Assembly: GCF_009914755.1 (NCBI RefSeq)
Contig: NC_060929.1
Source: the human T2T-CHM13v2.0 reference genome, Homo sapiens
DNA length: 64,000 nucleotides
Reading direction: 5' to 3' (one strand)
Below are positions 1 through 21,269 of this stretch, piece by piece (position 1 is the stretch's first letter; every line of letters begins with the position of its first letter). The notes under the pieces are model-generated. The model ran no database searches and was not told the origin of the DNA. It was given only the letters and a program-made list of their open reading frames with translations. The position numbers were made by a program, and so were the translations under genes.

Positions 1-1958
1 ATGCTGACAATCAACTCTGTGAGCGAACAGTACCTGTTGATGGCAGGGCTTCATTCTAATATAACCATGCTAGGATAAGTCTATTACCTTATGAGATGCC
101 AAATATTAATATGTGTCTTCATTTGGGCTTTCATATTCTCCAGGTTAGAATTCTACAATATACACTATGGGGATAGACTAGGGGTCAGGCATACACTTTG
201 TGTCCTACAGTCTAAGAGTATTGCATGAAAAGGGATTAGAAGTCTCACCATGCAAAATGCAAAGGTTTGCTTACTCTCCCTATTTTCAGTTTGACACCTC
301 ACACTTGTGCTCAGCTGTGCCTAGATCCCCAAGACTAGAGAAAGTCCCATTAAATTTCTCCAGAGAATAAACTTTCTATTTTCTGGCTGTGAGTTATGTT
401 TCCATCTATGTAGGGTGATGAGAAGAACAGAGAATTCAATTATCCTCTACACATACTTCCAACTAATAACTTTTTTCCATCCTTAACTGACTTCAGTCTT
501 CTTAAACATCTGGTTCCTCCAGATCTTGCGCTTAAAAGAGATTATGTTTCTTGTGAGTATCTTCAATGCAGGAACTTTACTTTAGGGGCACTTTTTGGAA
601 CTGCTAAGTTAATTGCTCTTCCACCTGCTTTCTGTCATAGAAAAATGTATGTGTTCACTTGTGTATTCTTAATCTTTGTTAGTTCCTACCATTTTAATTA
701 CTTTTCTGCCATTTTAGTGCATATTTTTTTTTAAAAAGAGAGGTTAATTGTGTGTGCTCAATTCATCTACTTTTCAAGTTTTACCCTTCTGTACCAATTA
801 CTATTTCAACCATGTATCCAGCTTACATTTTTAAGAATATTAATTGAATTTAACATTTTAAAATGCAGACTTGTTGGATTCTTCTCCCATCCATTCTTAG
901 TGCACTTTAAGACTTTCTATAGTGAATATCACTGATGAGCCCTTAGCATCTGTTGCAAACAGTCTCCCTCATTTTGTACCAATGAGGTACTTTGGCTAGG
1001 ACTGAAACCTTCCCAAGCTTAAGAGGTGGTCCCAGACAGGATTAAAACACAGTAATGGCCAGAGACAGGTCTTTAGATTCTAGGACTAAAATCTCCAACT
1101 ATAATTCTATACCTCTTGAAACAATGATTGCTTCAGTGGCAGACACATGATCTTACTTGGTCTAATTAGAGTGAAAGTTAGGTTTTTGTTCTATGTTTAG
1201 GGATAGACTCTTACTTTCTCTTCCTGGGCTGAAAGAGAAAACAGATAGCTACAGTTGTGGCTACAATAAATTTTGGGAACCTAAGGCAAGTCAGCTTTAG
1301 GAATAAGAGTCTGCTTTAAATTAAACTAACTTGCTCATGCTTGTGTACTTATGAATTTTTTTGTAAATTATGAAAAACTGGAACTAAATGATGGGTTTAC
1401 ATAACATGTTCCACCCCAATCTCTTGCTTCATTTTCTGCCTGTTCACAATTCATTGCTATTAAGGAAATCTACAGAAGTGCCTTTTTATGCTGTTGTGTT
1501 GACCTATATATGCCTCATCTCATGGTTAATCCAGTTTCATAACTTCAGAAAGGATTTCTGAGATGACCTTTCCTTTACCTTATCACGTAAGGAAAGCCAA
1601 GTAGTAATAGAATTTCATTCAGCTTAACAATCACTTATACCCTGCTTGTTTCAGGCTTACAATTGTCTCAGAAACACTATGAATTCCTGGGAGCCAGGGA
1701 TCACATCTTGTATCTGTGTTTACCACAACTGAACACATTTGGTTGTGAGAAGAGTGGGGAAAGACACTGAATAAATGCTTTAAAACAAAATCATCATCAC
1801 AAACTATAAAGAATATAAAACGATTATTATGGAAGATAAAATATATTTTTAATTACTTCAACAGAAGGAATTATTTAAACGCAATATTTATTTGCTTCTG
1901 GAGGACATTTATGTAAATAAAATTTAGGTAGTGTTCATCAAACTGTGAAAATCTGTGG

Positions 1959-1984
1959 AGACGCGTGGTGGCGCTGCAGGATAA
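1959..1984 (+). promoter_or_regulatory. Conserved sequence element (CSE / CGCT box, CTCF site) of the PCDHB12 promoter
   Basis: AGACGCGTGGTGGCGCTGCAGGATAA about 250 bp upstream of ATG 2221. The same motif recurs at similar spacing before four other units. Confidence 0.92.
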
Positions 1985-2178
1985 TATCAAGAAAAAAATT
2001 ACCCTGGAGGATGTTGTAGACCCTGTTATCCAGTACACGCGGAGAACTGGGAAGACAGAAAGAACAATCCTTTAAGGGAGAACCTAGAAGCCATTCAACA
2101 AGGTTAAAATCTTTAGGCTTCCGAGGATTTGGTAGACAGATCAGAGGCACGTTTCCCACAACTGCGAAGAGGCGCTGA

Positions 2179-4608
<2,430 letters not shown>

Positions 4609-6039
4609 TAAAGAATGAAAAATAAAACCTGTGTTTATGAATACATTTATAATTAGGAACTTATCGTGAGGTGCCTGTAAAGTAGTATTTTTGATCACTT
4701 CAAATACATACTCTTCAAGTCAAGAAATAAATTTCTTTACATAGAAAAGGATACAGATTTAGTACCAAGAACACTTCACAAAGCAGGAAATGTGCATGTG
4801 TAATGGTTTATGTCAAACAATTATGCTTAATATAAAGTCTATTAAGTGGTAAGTCTTGTTTGAGATATTTTAAATTGCTTTCCATTGTTTTCAATATTTA
4901 CTGTGACTTTTGTTTTCTGAGTTGATTAGAATGCTGTTCGAGTATACCTACCCTAGTTTCAGAAGCATAGATTGTAGTGTACCTTTTTAAACTTTATTTT
5001 TTTAAAAAAAGTTGTTTTATGAATCATACACTATTTTCACACTTTTAATCTCAGAAGAAACATATGTGACATGGTATTTTAGTAATGACCAAATAGACGG
5101 TCTTAGAGATTCAGTAAGTTCACTAAGGTCCACTAACTAATAAGTGACAAAACTGAGCATCCATCCTAGATCTGCCTGACTCTAAGTCAGTGACTTTGCT
5201 CCCATTCCATACTGTTTTTGTCATTGGATATCACCTGGCAAGTTTCTGCCTAACTAAAGAGAAGAAAAGTTTTTATCGTATTCATACTACTGTTCAATCT
5301 TTATTTAGAAATAAACTTTATCTATGATTTCATTTTCTTATAAACCAGTAATCTTGCTTTTCTGGGTAAATTTTCAGCTATTATTACTAATGCTCTGATC
5401 TGCCCAAATCTTAAGTAAAAAACAAAATTGAAAGAGCAACCTGTGCCTTCTCATTGTCTCCTGAACATATAACTATCATTTCACAGAAAAGATTAATGGT
5501 CCTGATTAGGAATAGTACATAATTTTGATGGCATTATTAGTTAATTATTTTCTTTACATTGTAGTATATTTCCAGAGTCACCCATGCTTACATTTGTAAT
5601 ATATTTTCCTGATTTGAGAGTTTGTTTTTAGCAGTTTTTCTTACCTATACTGCACTGCTGAATCAGGAAAATTTAAGAAAAAGAATAGTTTTAAATGTGT
5701 AATATCAAAGAGAAATATAGATGATCATTAAATTTTTAGAAATTTTGGGGAGTTAAGGAGAAGCATTGTTTGTTAAAAATATATAACCGATTCTTATATT
5801 TAAAATAGGTAATTTTTGCATAGTTGTGTTCTAAATATATTATAAACTAGTGCCAGTAACTCTAATAAAGCTAGTATTACTGCATATCACTGGTGGGATA
5901 GAATCTAAGGACAAAAACTCACAGTAGTAAAATCTAAAATTGCTTTCATGGTCTCAGGGTAAAATTATCCAATTTCTCTGACAAATAAATGGCTCAAAAA
6001 ATAAGAGGAGTGAAGTTTACACAAGGAAAAATCTTAAGA

Positions 6040-6410
6040 GGTCTACCACTCAAATACAATGTGTGGATCTTTTTTGGATCTTGATTGAAACAACAGCAAT
6101 GACTTTGAAAAACTTGGAAGAATTTGAATATAGATGGGTATTAAATAATGTTAACTTGATTTTTAGGTATGATAATGGCATTGTACTTAAGCATATTTTT
6201 AGAGTCATTTAAAGTCATGATGCTTTTAAAGAAATGTATAATGACGTATTTGTGGGAGAAAATTCAGTTTGTCTGGGATGTGAAAATGTTGAAGGGATAG
6301 AGTCAAGAATTATGGCAAAACATTGATAATAGTTGAAGCTAGTACTGAGTCCTTGGAGGATCATTATACTCCTCTCTTTTATGAGATTTGAAAAATTTCA
6401 AAATAATGTC
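6040..6410 (+). mobile_element. Old L1 (L1MC/L1ME-type) 3' end fragment
   Basis: Resembles ancient L1M 3' UTR (AATGTGTGGATCTT...GAATTTGAATATAGATGGGTATTA...). Judged by eye. Confidence 0.55.
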
Positions 6411-6759
6411 TTTTAATTGATGCTGTTAGAAGTGGAGGTAATAAAAAAGGACATCCTTCCCAGAAACAAAATCACCACTGCTGTTACAGATATTGTCTCT
6501 ATTTAGACAAACTCTCCAGCCTTTCCTTGTTCATTTCCTTTCATTATTGGACATAACCTCTCTACCTGAGATAGTCATGCTCCTGTATTCTTCTACCATT
6601 TGAATTTCGAGGTGTTTATCTAGTTATAGTAATGGATTTATGCTAGACTTATGATGGATTTATGCCATCAAGACTCAGTTACTTGATGGCATCAAATTGC
6701 TTTATACTTGGTATATACCTTATTTTTAAGGTTAATATCTATTTGCATTAGATTCCTCA

Positions 6760-6880
6760 TGTTTAAGGTGGGGAATTCACAACAGCCCTATGTGGTAGGT
6801 ACTGTTCTTATCCTCACTTTACAGAGGAGCAAACTAAAGCAGAGAGATTAAATAATTTGTTCGAGGTTCACAGCTACTAA
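6760..6880 (-). mobile_element. MIR SINE fragment
   Basis: CACAACAGCCCTATG...TTTACAGAGGAGCAAACTAAAGCAGAGAGATTAAATAATTTG, a MIR core. Confidence 0.7.
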
Positions 6881-7181
6881 TTATTCCTATGGTTCATGGA
6901 AATAAAACTATAAAGATCTAAATGTTGTCCATGATAACTACAATTATATTTGAAATTCTTTTTGCCAAGCTAGACTATTACCTAAATATTTCCTTTTTGC
7001 CCAAAACTCAGTTATCATTGTTGAAAGACTAATGTGATTTCTCCTTTGGGCAGTTGTCTGCTCACTAAAGTCCGGCGATATTAACGGTGGTGTTGTAACC
7101 TTACATAGTCTCGGGGTGCATACAGGCAGAGTTGGGAATATTACATCCATTATCATTCCACAAAATGTAAGATCCTGTGAG

Positions 7182-7207
7182 GACGCGTGGTGGCGCTGCA
7201 GGATAAG
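7182..7207 (+). promoter_or_regulatory. CSE / CTCF site of the PCDHB13 promoter
   Basis: GACGCGTGGTGGCGCTGCAGGATAAG about 245 bp upstream of ATG 7437. Confidence 0.92.
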
Positions 7208-7346
7208 AAGGCACAAACCAGAACCGCAGCTGCAGCTCCATTAACCGGCAAAAAGCAGCAGAACCTGGAAGTCCACGGGGAGCTTGGATGCCAAAGGGAG
7301 GACGGCTGGGTCCTCTGGAGAGGACTACTCACTGGCATATTTCTGA

Positions 7347-9833
<2,487 letters not shown>

Positions 9834-10634
9834 CCATAGTTGACTTTTACATTCCATAGGTATTTTATTTTGTGGCATTTCCATGCCAATGTTTATTTCC
9901 CCTAATTTGTGTGTATGTAATATTGTACGGATTTACTCTTGATTTTTCTCATGTTCTTTCTCCCTTTGTTTTAAAGTGAACATTTACCTTTATTCCTGGT
10001 TCTTAAAAGGTGACAATTCATTCTTTAACCCAGATGGTCTTAATTTGTAATTAATTTGCCTCCCTAAAGAGCAATACCAAATCACATTTTTTTCATGCCC
10101 CTATCTTTAGCTGAACTTCACCCACTATTATGCTTATGGTAAAATTAAATAGAGCAATTTGGAAGTGATTCCAATTTTCCAGCATTTCTTCATTTGATTC
10201 TCTTTTTTTAGTCTTAAAATAATGACTCCTATTCAGACATATCATTTTTCTTTTTTGTAAATCCAGTGCGTTTTTAGTTAACCTTTAAATATGCTTTTTG
10301 CTTTCAAAAATAAACCAGAAAACCTATATCCTATGATACAACTCTAAGTGTTATCACTTGATTCGAAAGGGTCAGAAGACCAGTTTTTTAGTATCCTTTC
10401 CTCATTCATCCTGGAGAGGATTGTGCAGGCACATTAATATTGTGGCCAATCACAGAATCTGGGAATATGAAGCTATAATTTTTTAATTAATGTCACAAAG
10501 CTCTAGTGCAATCTAGTTGAATGCAGATGCCTGTGCCCAAATAATAATTCATATAGCATAAATTGGAGTTGTGTGTTAATGTGTAAAAATTTTTGCCTGT
10601 ACTATCATATAATTTAATGTATATACACCAGAAA

Positions 10635-10866
10635 CTATTTTTCAAACTTTTTTTACTGCAACCAATAGTTAAGATTATATTTTACATATTTTGAAACACA
10701 CAAGCTTAATAGAAATAAATGCTTGTGAACAATGCTTAGTCTTTTTATGACATAATTTGAAATTACCTATATATTTCATTCTATTCAATTTTCAAATGTG
10801 GTCATGATCCACTAAATTTATTTCATGGTATACTAGTGGGTAGTAACCCAAAGTTTGAAAACCACT
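10635..10866. mobile_element. hAT-Charlie-like DNA transposon remnant
   Basis: Imperfect terminal inverted repeats TTTTTCAAACT ... AGTTTGAAAACCACT. Confidence 0.45.
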
Positions 10867-11258
10867 TTTCTCAGACATATAAAAGCATACCAGATGTTGA
10901 ACATTGATAGTATCAAAAGATAGTCCCTTAGGGTTCTAATTTTAAAAAAATTTTCAAAGCATTGTAGGGGAGTAGCTTTGTCTCATGTTAAATCACTCTT
11001 ACCTTTAAGGATCTGACACACTATGTAAGAAAAAGACTTCAAGGTTGGAGGAGGAGATTTTCCATGACTTTTATCAAAGTCTACAGTCTATGTTGTGGGA
11101 GAAAAATGTAGAATAACAAAATGAGTAAAAGTATAGAGGCAAAACAAGCATGTGTATGAGAGAGAGAGAGAAAGCATGGAAAAGAGGAAATTCATGGGGA
11201 TGAGCAAAATGACTACTTCCAGTGCCACAGACTAGACTCAGTTGCTTCTCTTATGTTA

Positions 11259-11556
11259 TTTTTTGAGACAAGGTCCTGTTCTGTCACCCAGGCTGGAGTG
11301 CAGTGGTGTGATCTCCACTCACTGTGATCTCCACTCACTGCAACCTCCACCTCCTGGGCTCAAGTGATCCTCCCACCTCAGCCTCCCTAGTACCCAGGAC
11401 TACAGGCCCAGGCCACCACACCCACTAATTTTTGCATATTTAGTAGAGACGAGGTTTCATCATATTGCCCAGACTGGTCTCGAATTCCTGAGCTCAAGCA
11501 GTCTGCCTGCCTCAGCCTCCCAAAGTGCTATGATTACAGGTATGAGCACCTGGCCT
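11259..11556 (-). mobile_element. Alu (AluJ/S-like) with internal 16-bp tandem duplication
   Basis: Reverse Alu consensus. TGTGATCTCCACTCAC is repeated at 11307-11338. Confidence 0.9.
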
Positions 11557-11740
11557 CAACTACTTCTTGAAGATATTTTAAAACTTTATCTTAACATTGT
11601 AGAGGGACTGGGTATTAGTCAGTTGATAATGCCAAGAAGTGCAATCTCTTTTAATAGCATATCTAAGACAACCTAATGTTTATACTTCTGACTCAGATTT
11701 CACTACTGGTTCTGTTGAGCTTTGTCAACTGAGTAATTAT

Positions 11741-12152
11741 TCTTTTCTTTTTTCTTTCTTTGTTTATGTTTTAGAGACAGGGTCTTAGTCACCTAGGCTG
11801 GAGTGCAGTGGTGCAATCATAGCTCACTGAAGCCTTGACCTCCTGGGCTCAAGCAATCCTCCTGACGCAGCATCCCAAGTAGCCGGGACCACAGGCACAT
11901 GCCACCCCCCACAGCTATTTTTGTTTGTTTGTTTGTTTTTTGTTTTGTTTTGTTTTTGAGGCAGAGTCTCACTCTGTCACCCAGGCTGGAGTGCAGTGGC
12001 GCGATCTCGGCTCACTGCAAGCTCCGCCTCCTGGGTTCCCGCCATTCTCCTGCCTCAGTCTCCCGAGTAGCACCCCCAGCTATTTTAAAAAAAATTTTTG
12101 TAGAGATGGGTTCTCATCATGTCGCCCAGGCTGTTGAACTTCTGGCCTCCAA
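11741..12152 (-). mobile_element. Old AluJ with a nested 5'-truncated AluY-like right arm (about 11918-12070)
   Basis: AluJ arms interrupted by GCAAGCTCCGCCTCCTGGGTTCCCGCCATTCTCC. Flanking near-duplicate CACCCCC(CAC)AGCTATTTT. Confidence 0.85.
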
Positions 12153-12799
12153 AGGTGGGAGTTATTCTAGCAGCTTCCCTGTGATCTTCTCATATCTACT
12201 GGTGGAGTGGGAAAGAGTAGTTCAAACAACTCAGACAGAAAATCTCGCTGGTGCAACAGTGGAGAGAAGGGCCAAGTACTTGTCCTGTTACTTCCAGTTT
12301 TTCTAGATATATGAGCAGCAGGACTCCTCTCTTTATAAAAAGAACTATGAGTTTCCTGGCTCTAATGAAGAGTGACCAGGCATTCAGGAGCTCAAATGCC
12401 CAGATACATATAACCAACCAATTCTCCTAGAATGCATTGCTAAAAACGAATTTTGCTTATATGCTTCAAAGACCTCATTTATAGTTATACTTAAAACAGT
12501 GCATAGGAATCAAGCTGTATCAGCCAATTTTATATGAAAGAACTATAGGTTGTAAGTAACTTAGAATATAATTTTTTATCTAGCGGGGGTTAAAGGACAC
12601 TTAGAAAATAGAGACACAAGAGATGGCCCAGCCTTACAGAATGGATTCTCCTGAAAACGCTTACAATAAAAACCAAATAACAGTATTTTTTTTTTATTTA
12701 GGCAATAGTATGGGAGGGAAAAGGGACATAGGACATTTTATCTTACAAACACATTGTTCTCTTTATCTTTCTGTTTCAAGTTCTACCACCACTCCTGGG

Positions 12800-13995
12800 T
12801 CCACTGATTAATCTAACAACATGGCCTCTCAGTCCCTAAGTCTTTACCTCTACTCCTGTTTTTCAGTCATTAATGCCCTGGCTACATATTGTACTTTTTC
12901 CCCACCAAGAAACTGTTCTATGATATAATAATTTCAGCTATCTCCCTCTGAGTGCACAATTGTCTATGCCTATAACCTTCTCATTCTGCTGTTTCTATCA
13001 CATCTTGTCTTTGACCTTATCAGAGCTCCATTCCATGGTGCTGTTACTACCTATCAAACGCTCCTGTTTTAATTTCCTTCCTATTCAGCTGATTTCCTGG
13101 TTTACCACTCCCAGTTGCTCTCATGCCCATATTCTCAATTCCCTTGTTCAATTTTCCTTCACTAAAACCACCTGATGAAACTCCAGCCCAGATGAATATA
13201 GTCCTCCTCCTCTCTTACACATGGGGTGCTGCACTCTATAAGACCAAACTTACAAAATTAGCAATACCACTGCCACTATAAATGTATAATATTCAAACCT
13301 AATTGGGCTTCTGAGACCAAGAACTCCTTTTATAATTTTTCTAACGAGCTTTCTCTTCTACGCTCCACAACAACTATTTTAAACCTACGTATCTTACTTT
13401 AAACTTCTTACCCTACCACTTAGATACCCCCTTTTATCCGATGAACTTGCCTGATACCTTATTGAGAAAATAGAATCCATCAGCTAGAAATTCATTTTCC
13501 TGTCCCCTACTCCACAGCTTTAACAGCATCTGTATCTATACTTTTCACCTGCTGAGGTCCGTCCCACTGGTCTAAATCCAAACACTTCATACATTGCCTG
13601 GATCCCATCTTTAACAACCTTTCTAGGGGACTTGCATTATCCCTTCTGTATCTTAATTTTCTCCTTCCCTACTGAACATTACACATTGGCATTTTAAATA
13701 TATTCAAGTTTCTCTAGTCTTTAAAATACTCTCTGAGTCTGAATTCTTCTCCAGATACCAATGTATTTCTTATTCCTTTTACAGCCTTTTCATTCTTTAC
13801 AAATTTCTTGAGAGCCTGGATGCAGTGAGCCAGTGAGCCTGGGTGACAGACTGAGACCCTGTCTCAAAAAAAAAATTGTTGAAAGAGCGGTTTACCTCAT
13901 TTTTGCTTCCTCATCCGCCTCACTTTGCACCGAAGTACAATCTAATTTTCATCACAACCATTCTACTGAAACTGCTATTGCAAATGTTATCAAAG
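12800..13995. mobile_element. L2 LINE fragments (with a small Alu fragment at about 13818-13875)
   Basis: Pyrimidine-rich L2-like text (GAAAATAGAATCCATCAGCTAGAAATT, TCTACTGAAACTGCTATTGCAAATGTTATCAA). Confidence 0.55.
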
Positions 13996-14741
13996 ATTTC
14001 CATATAAGTTAAGATTATACTGTGGAACCAATGTGATGCAATGACACAGTGGCTTGTAAACATGTCTCTCTTTTTCACATGACAGTACCAATGTAAAAAT
14101 TATTAGGTAGGTAGGGCAGCTTTCATCCTCACAGTCCTTCTGAAACCAAATTTTCTTTCAAGTAATTTCTTCAACATTCCCTATGGCAATATAATCTGCA
14201 TGGCTGTAGCTGGGTCACTGTCACATCTGGGTTCTAGCTCGCTTGGAAGAAAGAGGCATATCCAGATGATTTCTGTTCTATAACTGGAAGGGGAAGACAG
14301 AAATTCTGCTCACAATCCATCTGTGAGAACTTAATTCACTTGGCCACACTCAAATACAAGGGAGGCTGGGATGGGCAATCTACCTTCATGGCCACATACC
14401 TGGGCACAGTTCTATTACTATAGAAGCAAAGGAAAACAGATTTTGTCAGACATCTATCAGAATCCTCCACAATGACCATCTTTTTAAGCCCACTGGATAA
14501 TTGTCATACTTATTTTTCTTGATTTTTCTGAAGCATTTGCAGCCATTGATCTTCCTTATCTCCTTAAAATGCTATTTGCTTTTGATTTCATGATTTTGAA
14601 CTCTGAGCCTTCTTTATCTTTTCAAATATACTTCTTGCCCTGTCTCCTCTAAATGAAGATGTTTCTCAGAGTTCTGTGCCAAGCCTCTTTTATACTTATT
14701 TGACACACTTTTGCTTGGTTATCCTAGAGCATTCATGGTGT

Positions 14742-14995
14742 GTATATATATATATATATATATATATGGTGATTGAAACCATGAATGCTATATATATATA
14801 TATGCTATATATATGCTCTCTGTATATATGCTATATATATGCTCTCTCTCTATATATATGCTATATATATGCTCTCTCTCTCTGTCTCTCTCTGTCTCTC
14901 TCTATATATATACATATATACACACCACAGTTCATATTGCCAGCTCAGATTTATTTCCTATGCTTTGGTTATATGCAAACACACACACACACACC
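14742..14995. repeat. Compound microsatellite: (TA)n, ATGC(TA)n/(TC)n units, (CA)n
   Basis: Directly visible simple repeats. Confidence 0.95.
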
Positions 14996-15719
14996 CCACC
15001 ACCACGCAAACACACATCCTACAGGCACTTACCTCAATATCAGCATGTTCAAAACTGAACACTTCATCTTTTTCCACCCCAATCATGTTTTTTTTTAGCA
15101 TTCCCTGTCCTAGTGAATGACACCACTAGTCATCCAGATGCCCAGTCCAGAGGTGTGATATCATCTCTGAGTCTTTCCCATTTTTCTCCCCATGCAACCT
15201 ATCAACCAACAGTTGAAAACATTTCATCTCCTCATACCTTTCTATTCATCCCTCTTCTCTCCATCCACACTGGCATTATCCTCATCCAGATCATCATCTC
15301 TTATCTGATCTCCTTGATTCTCCAGTCACTCCCCCTGAAATTAATTCTCCATACTGCAGCCAAACTGATTTTTTAAAATGCAGATGTAATCATGTTAATC
15401 AGATATTTAAAACCCATCTTTGTACTTGAATTACCTTTAGGATAAATTCAAGAATGCATGATATGACCTGTATAATGATTCATGTTCTCACCATGCTTTT
15501 AACCCTAATTTCATTGTTAGACCCTCCCCTTCCATAGTTTTTAAAGTCCAAGGCATACTTCATTTCTCTGTGTTCCTCAAAATGCCCATCTGAAATATTC
15601 CTCCTTCTCCTGGCTAGTTCCTTCAGATCACAATGTATTTTTCATTACCTCAGGAAAGCTTTCACTGATGTCCCAAGTCCGACTTTGATCTTAATTATTT
15701 TATTTTTGACAGACACTTA

Positions 15720-15930
15720 ACCAGCACTTACAAACCACTTTGTAAATATTAATTCATTAGATGCCTACGATAATAATCATAGGAGACAAATATTATTACC
15801 CCATTTTACAGGTGAGGAAACAAAGGTATCTATAACTTGCCCAAGCTTATAGATAGTGAGTCACATAACCAGGATTCTAATATTGATAATTTGGTTCCAG
15901 ATCCCATATTCCCAAGCACTAAGGTATGCA
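15720..15930 (-). mobile_element. MIR SINE
   Basis: ATTATTACCCCATTTTACAGGTGAGGAAACAAAGG...AACTTGCCCAAG core. Confidence 0.75.
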
Positions 15931-16577
15931 GCCTCCTAGGTACAAGAAGTCTTTTCTAGGTATTTCTATATTACTTTTTATAAATGCATACATTATGACA
16001 TACTTCGTTTACTTGTCTGCCAATTTTTCTAGCTTGTGAGCTCTGTAAGAGCAAGAATTATCTCTAACTTATTTGTGCCATGTCCTTCTTTATATTTTTA
16101 AAATATAAAAGTGAAAAAAGTAATGATATTACCAACTATAGCTGACAACAAGTATTTACAAGAGTGAAGGAGATAATATATTTGTAATTACTCGAGAAAT
16201 GACTTAAATAAAAAATTATTTCTTCAGTTCAGAATATTTTAACAGATCCTTTAGTGCCGAGCATTCAAAACAGTGATAATGCAGTGTATGGACTTTTCTG
16301 GATTCAAATTCAAACAAACCAACAGCAAAGGACATTTTGGAGAGAACTGGGGAAAACCAAATGCAGTATAAATTACACCAAGGAATTATTGCTCAAGTTG
16401 TTGATTGTGAACGTTTTATTACAATTATCTTTTAGAAGGCCTTACCTATTAAAAATACTTAGTGAAGTATTTAAAGGAAAAAAAATGATGTCTGGGATTT
16501 GTTTCGAATGTTCCGGATGTATTTATGAATTACTTTTTCAAAGAGGAAAACTTTTTTAATGAAAAAAAAAACATGGA

Positions 16578-16603
16578 GACACATGGTGGCGCTACAGGAT
16601 AAG
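16578..16603 (+). promoter_or_regulatory. CSE / CTCF site of the PCDHB14 promoter
   Basis: GACACATGGTGGCGCTACAGGATAAG about 230 bp upstream of ATG 16817. Confidence 0.9.
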
Positions 16604-16633
16604 ACGAAAACAGTACATAGGCTGGCACGGTGA

Positions 16634-19213
<2,580 letters not shown>

Positions 19214-19879
19214 AACAATTTATTTTAAATGTCTAATTTTTGGTTACTCTTGGCAAGCTGATGGTACTTTTTGCATAATCTTTTGTGGATTCTTGGTTGT
19301 ACTGTAGTTGCATGCATGATTATAGCTCTTGTTTTTCTCACAGTTTCTTTAAAAATCTTTATTAGTGGCTATAATGACGTGGAAATGTAATCTGTGTTTT
19401 CTGGTTTTTCATTTATTTGGCCAAAATGTTATATTAATGGAGTTATTGCTATTTTTGCTGTGATAATGGTATTATGCAAGACCATATTCTCAATTATTTG
19501 GATATGCAAACTAAAGTATTAAGAGCTAATGTCATTATATATGTAACTTAAATCTAGACACCATCAAAGCATAAAATAAAAATAAAAAGCGTTGCTGAAT
19601 CTGGGTCGAAAATGTAGTGCGTTTATCCCACTATTCTCTCTGAAAATGTTCTTTAGAAAGGGTAACAAAGATGCTATCCCTCCATTTTCAGTTCTGGAGA
19701 ACCTTATTAGTTTTTCAAATATTTACTTTATGATGAAACTTAAGTGGTCACATTGGAAATTATTAATTTCTTAAGTAATTTTTTCTGTAACTGCTTTTGT
19801 TGATAATCCTGTTGTGGAGGAAGAGTCTTATAATGCTCTGGGCTTTGCTGTCGCTCTTTGGTTTTCTTAATTTAATTCT

Positions 19880-20442
19880 ATTTATTTATGTTTTTTGAGA
19901 CAGGGTCTAATTCCATTGACCTGGCTGGAATGCAGTGGCACCATCATGGCTCACTGCCGCCTTGACTTCCTGGGTTCAGGTGATTCTCCTGCCTCAGCCT
20001 CCTGAGTAGCTGGATCACCAGCACAGGCCACTACGGCCTGGCTAATTCTTTTGTATTTTTTTTGTACAGATGGAATCTTGCCATGTTTCCCAGTCTGGTC
20101 TGGAACTCCTTGGCTCAAGCGATCTGCCCGCCTTAGCTAGTTTTTTGTTTTTGTTTTTTGAGACAAAGTCTCACTTTGTTGTCCAGGCTAGAGAGTAGTG
20201 GCAGGATCTTGGCTCACTGCAGCCTCGACATCCTGGGCTCAGGCAATCCTCCTGCTTCGGCCTATTAAATAGCTCAAACTACAGGCACCCGCCACGATGC
20301 CTAGCTAAATTTTTGTATATGTGGTAGAGATGGAGTTTTGCCATGTGGCCCAGGCTAGTCTCGAACTCCTGAACTCAAGTGATCCACCTGCTTTGGCCTC
20401 CCAACGTGCTAGGATTACAGGCATGAGCCATTACGTCTGGCC
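19880..20442 (-). mobile_element. Two tandem antisense AluJ-like elements
   Basis: Two consecutive reverse Alu consensus copies (about 19880-20135 and 20141-20442). Confidence 0.88.
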
Positions 20443-21269
20443 TAGTTTTCTTTAAATACACCGTGTTTACTAGCTTAAATTTTGTGTTGTTTATTACTAA
20501 AGCAGAAAATAATTTAGGGTCTTATCCTGGGTAAAATAGCTTTCCATCAGATGAGTACAAAGCAAGAACTTCATAAGAAATTGAAATGAAGATTCAAACT
20601 GTTAAAGAAATGATTTAGTTTCACTTTCCTATTAATTATTGAGTAAATATAAAACATCATTAACACTTTGTGGCCTCTCTCAGATGCCTACAAAGAAGGA
20701 ATGGGTAGGCATTTATGATTTATAGTTGCCTCATCATGTAACATATTATATCTCAGCTCTAAAAGAAAGTTCTATAGAAGATTATAGATAGAGATTTTGA
20801 TAACTGGAATGTAGTATGGATATAGGGCTAGTGTACATATACATTTTGAAATTGCTCTTACAAGATTAAATACTATTATAGACCAGATGATGTAGTAAAA
20901 TGGAATTTCACTTGCCATTGTGAAATAGGTGAAACAAATTCCAGTTTCCTTAGATTTCTTCCCTCTACTTCATGCAATTATCACTGATTTTATTTTTCGT
21001 TGTAACAAGTAATTATTTGTTGTGTGGATTTCTTAAAATTGACATTTAAACAATAAAATCCTGAAAAGAATATTTGGGTCCCCTTTTTCCCTCAGAGTCA
21101 TAAGAGGCAAAACTGTGCTCTTAAGTCACTGCTAATGTAAAAACTGAAGTAACTAAAAACTAAAGAAAGAGAGAAGAAAGACTAGAATAAGGTAGAAAAA
21201 AGTGAAATGGAAAGAGAAATAAAAGTGTATTTTTAACCTCAGTATTATCAATTATAAATGAAAATTTAA

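Noticed and set aside
11899-12306. ORFs within Alus (also 24195, 36136, 49878, 52867, 57041, 57742, 62886)
   Set aside because: Typical Alu-derived translations, not genes.
14676-15120. Three overlapping ORFs rich in Y/I/L/S
   Set aside because: Artefact of the stop-free microsatellite.
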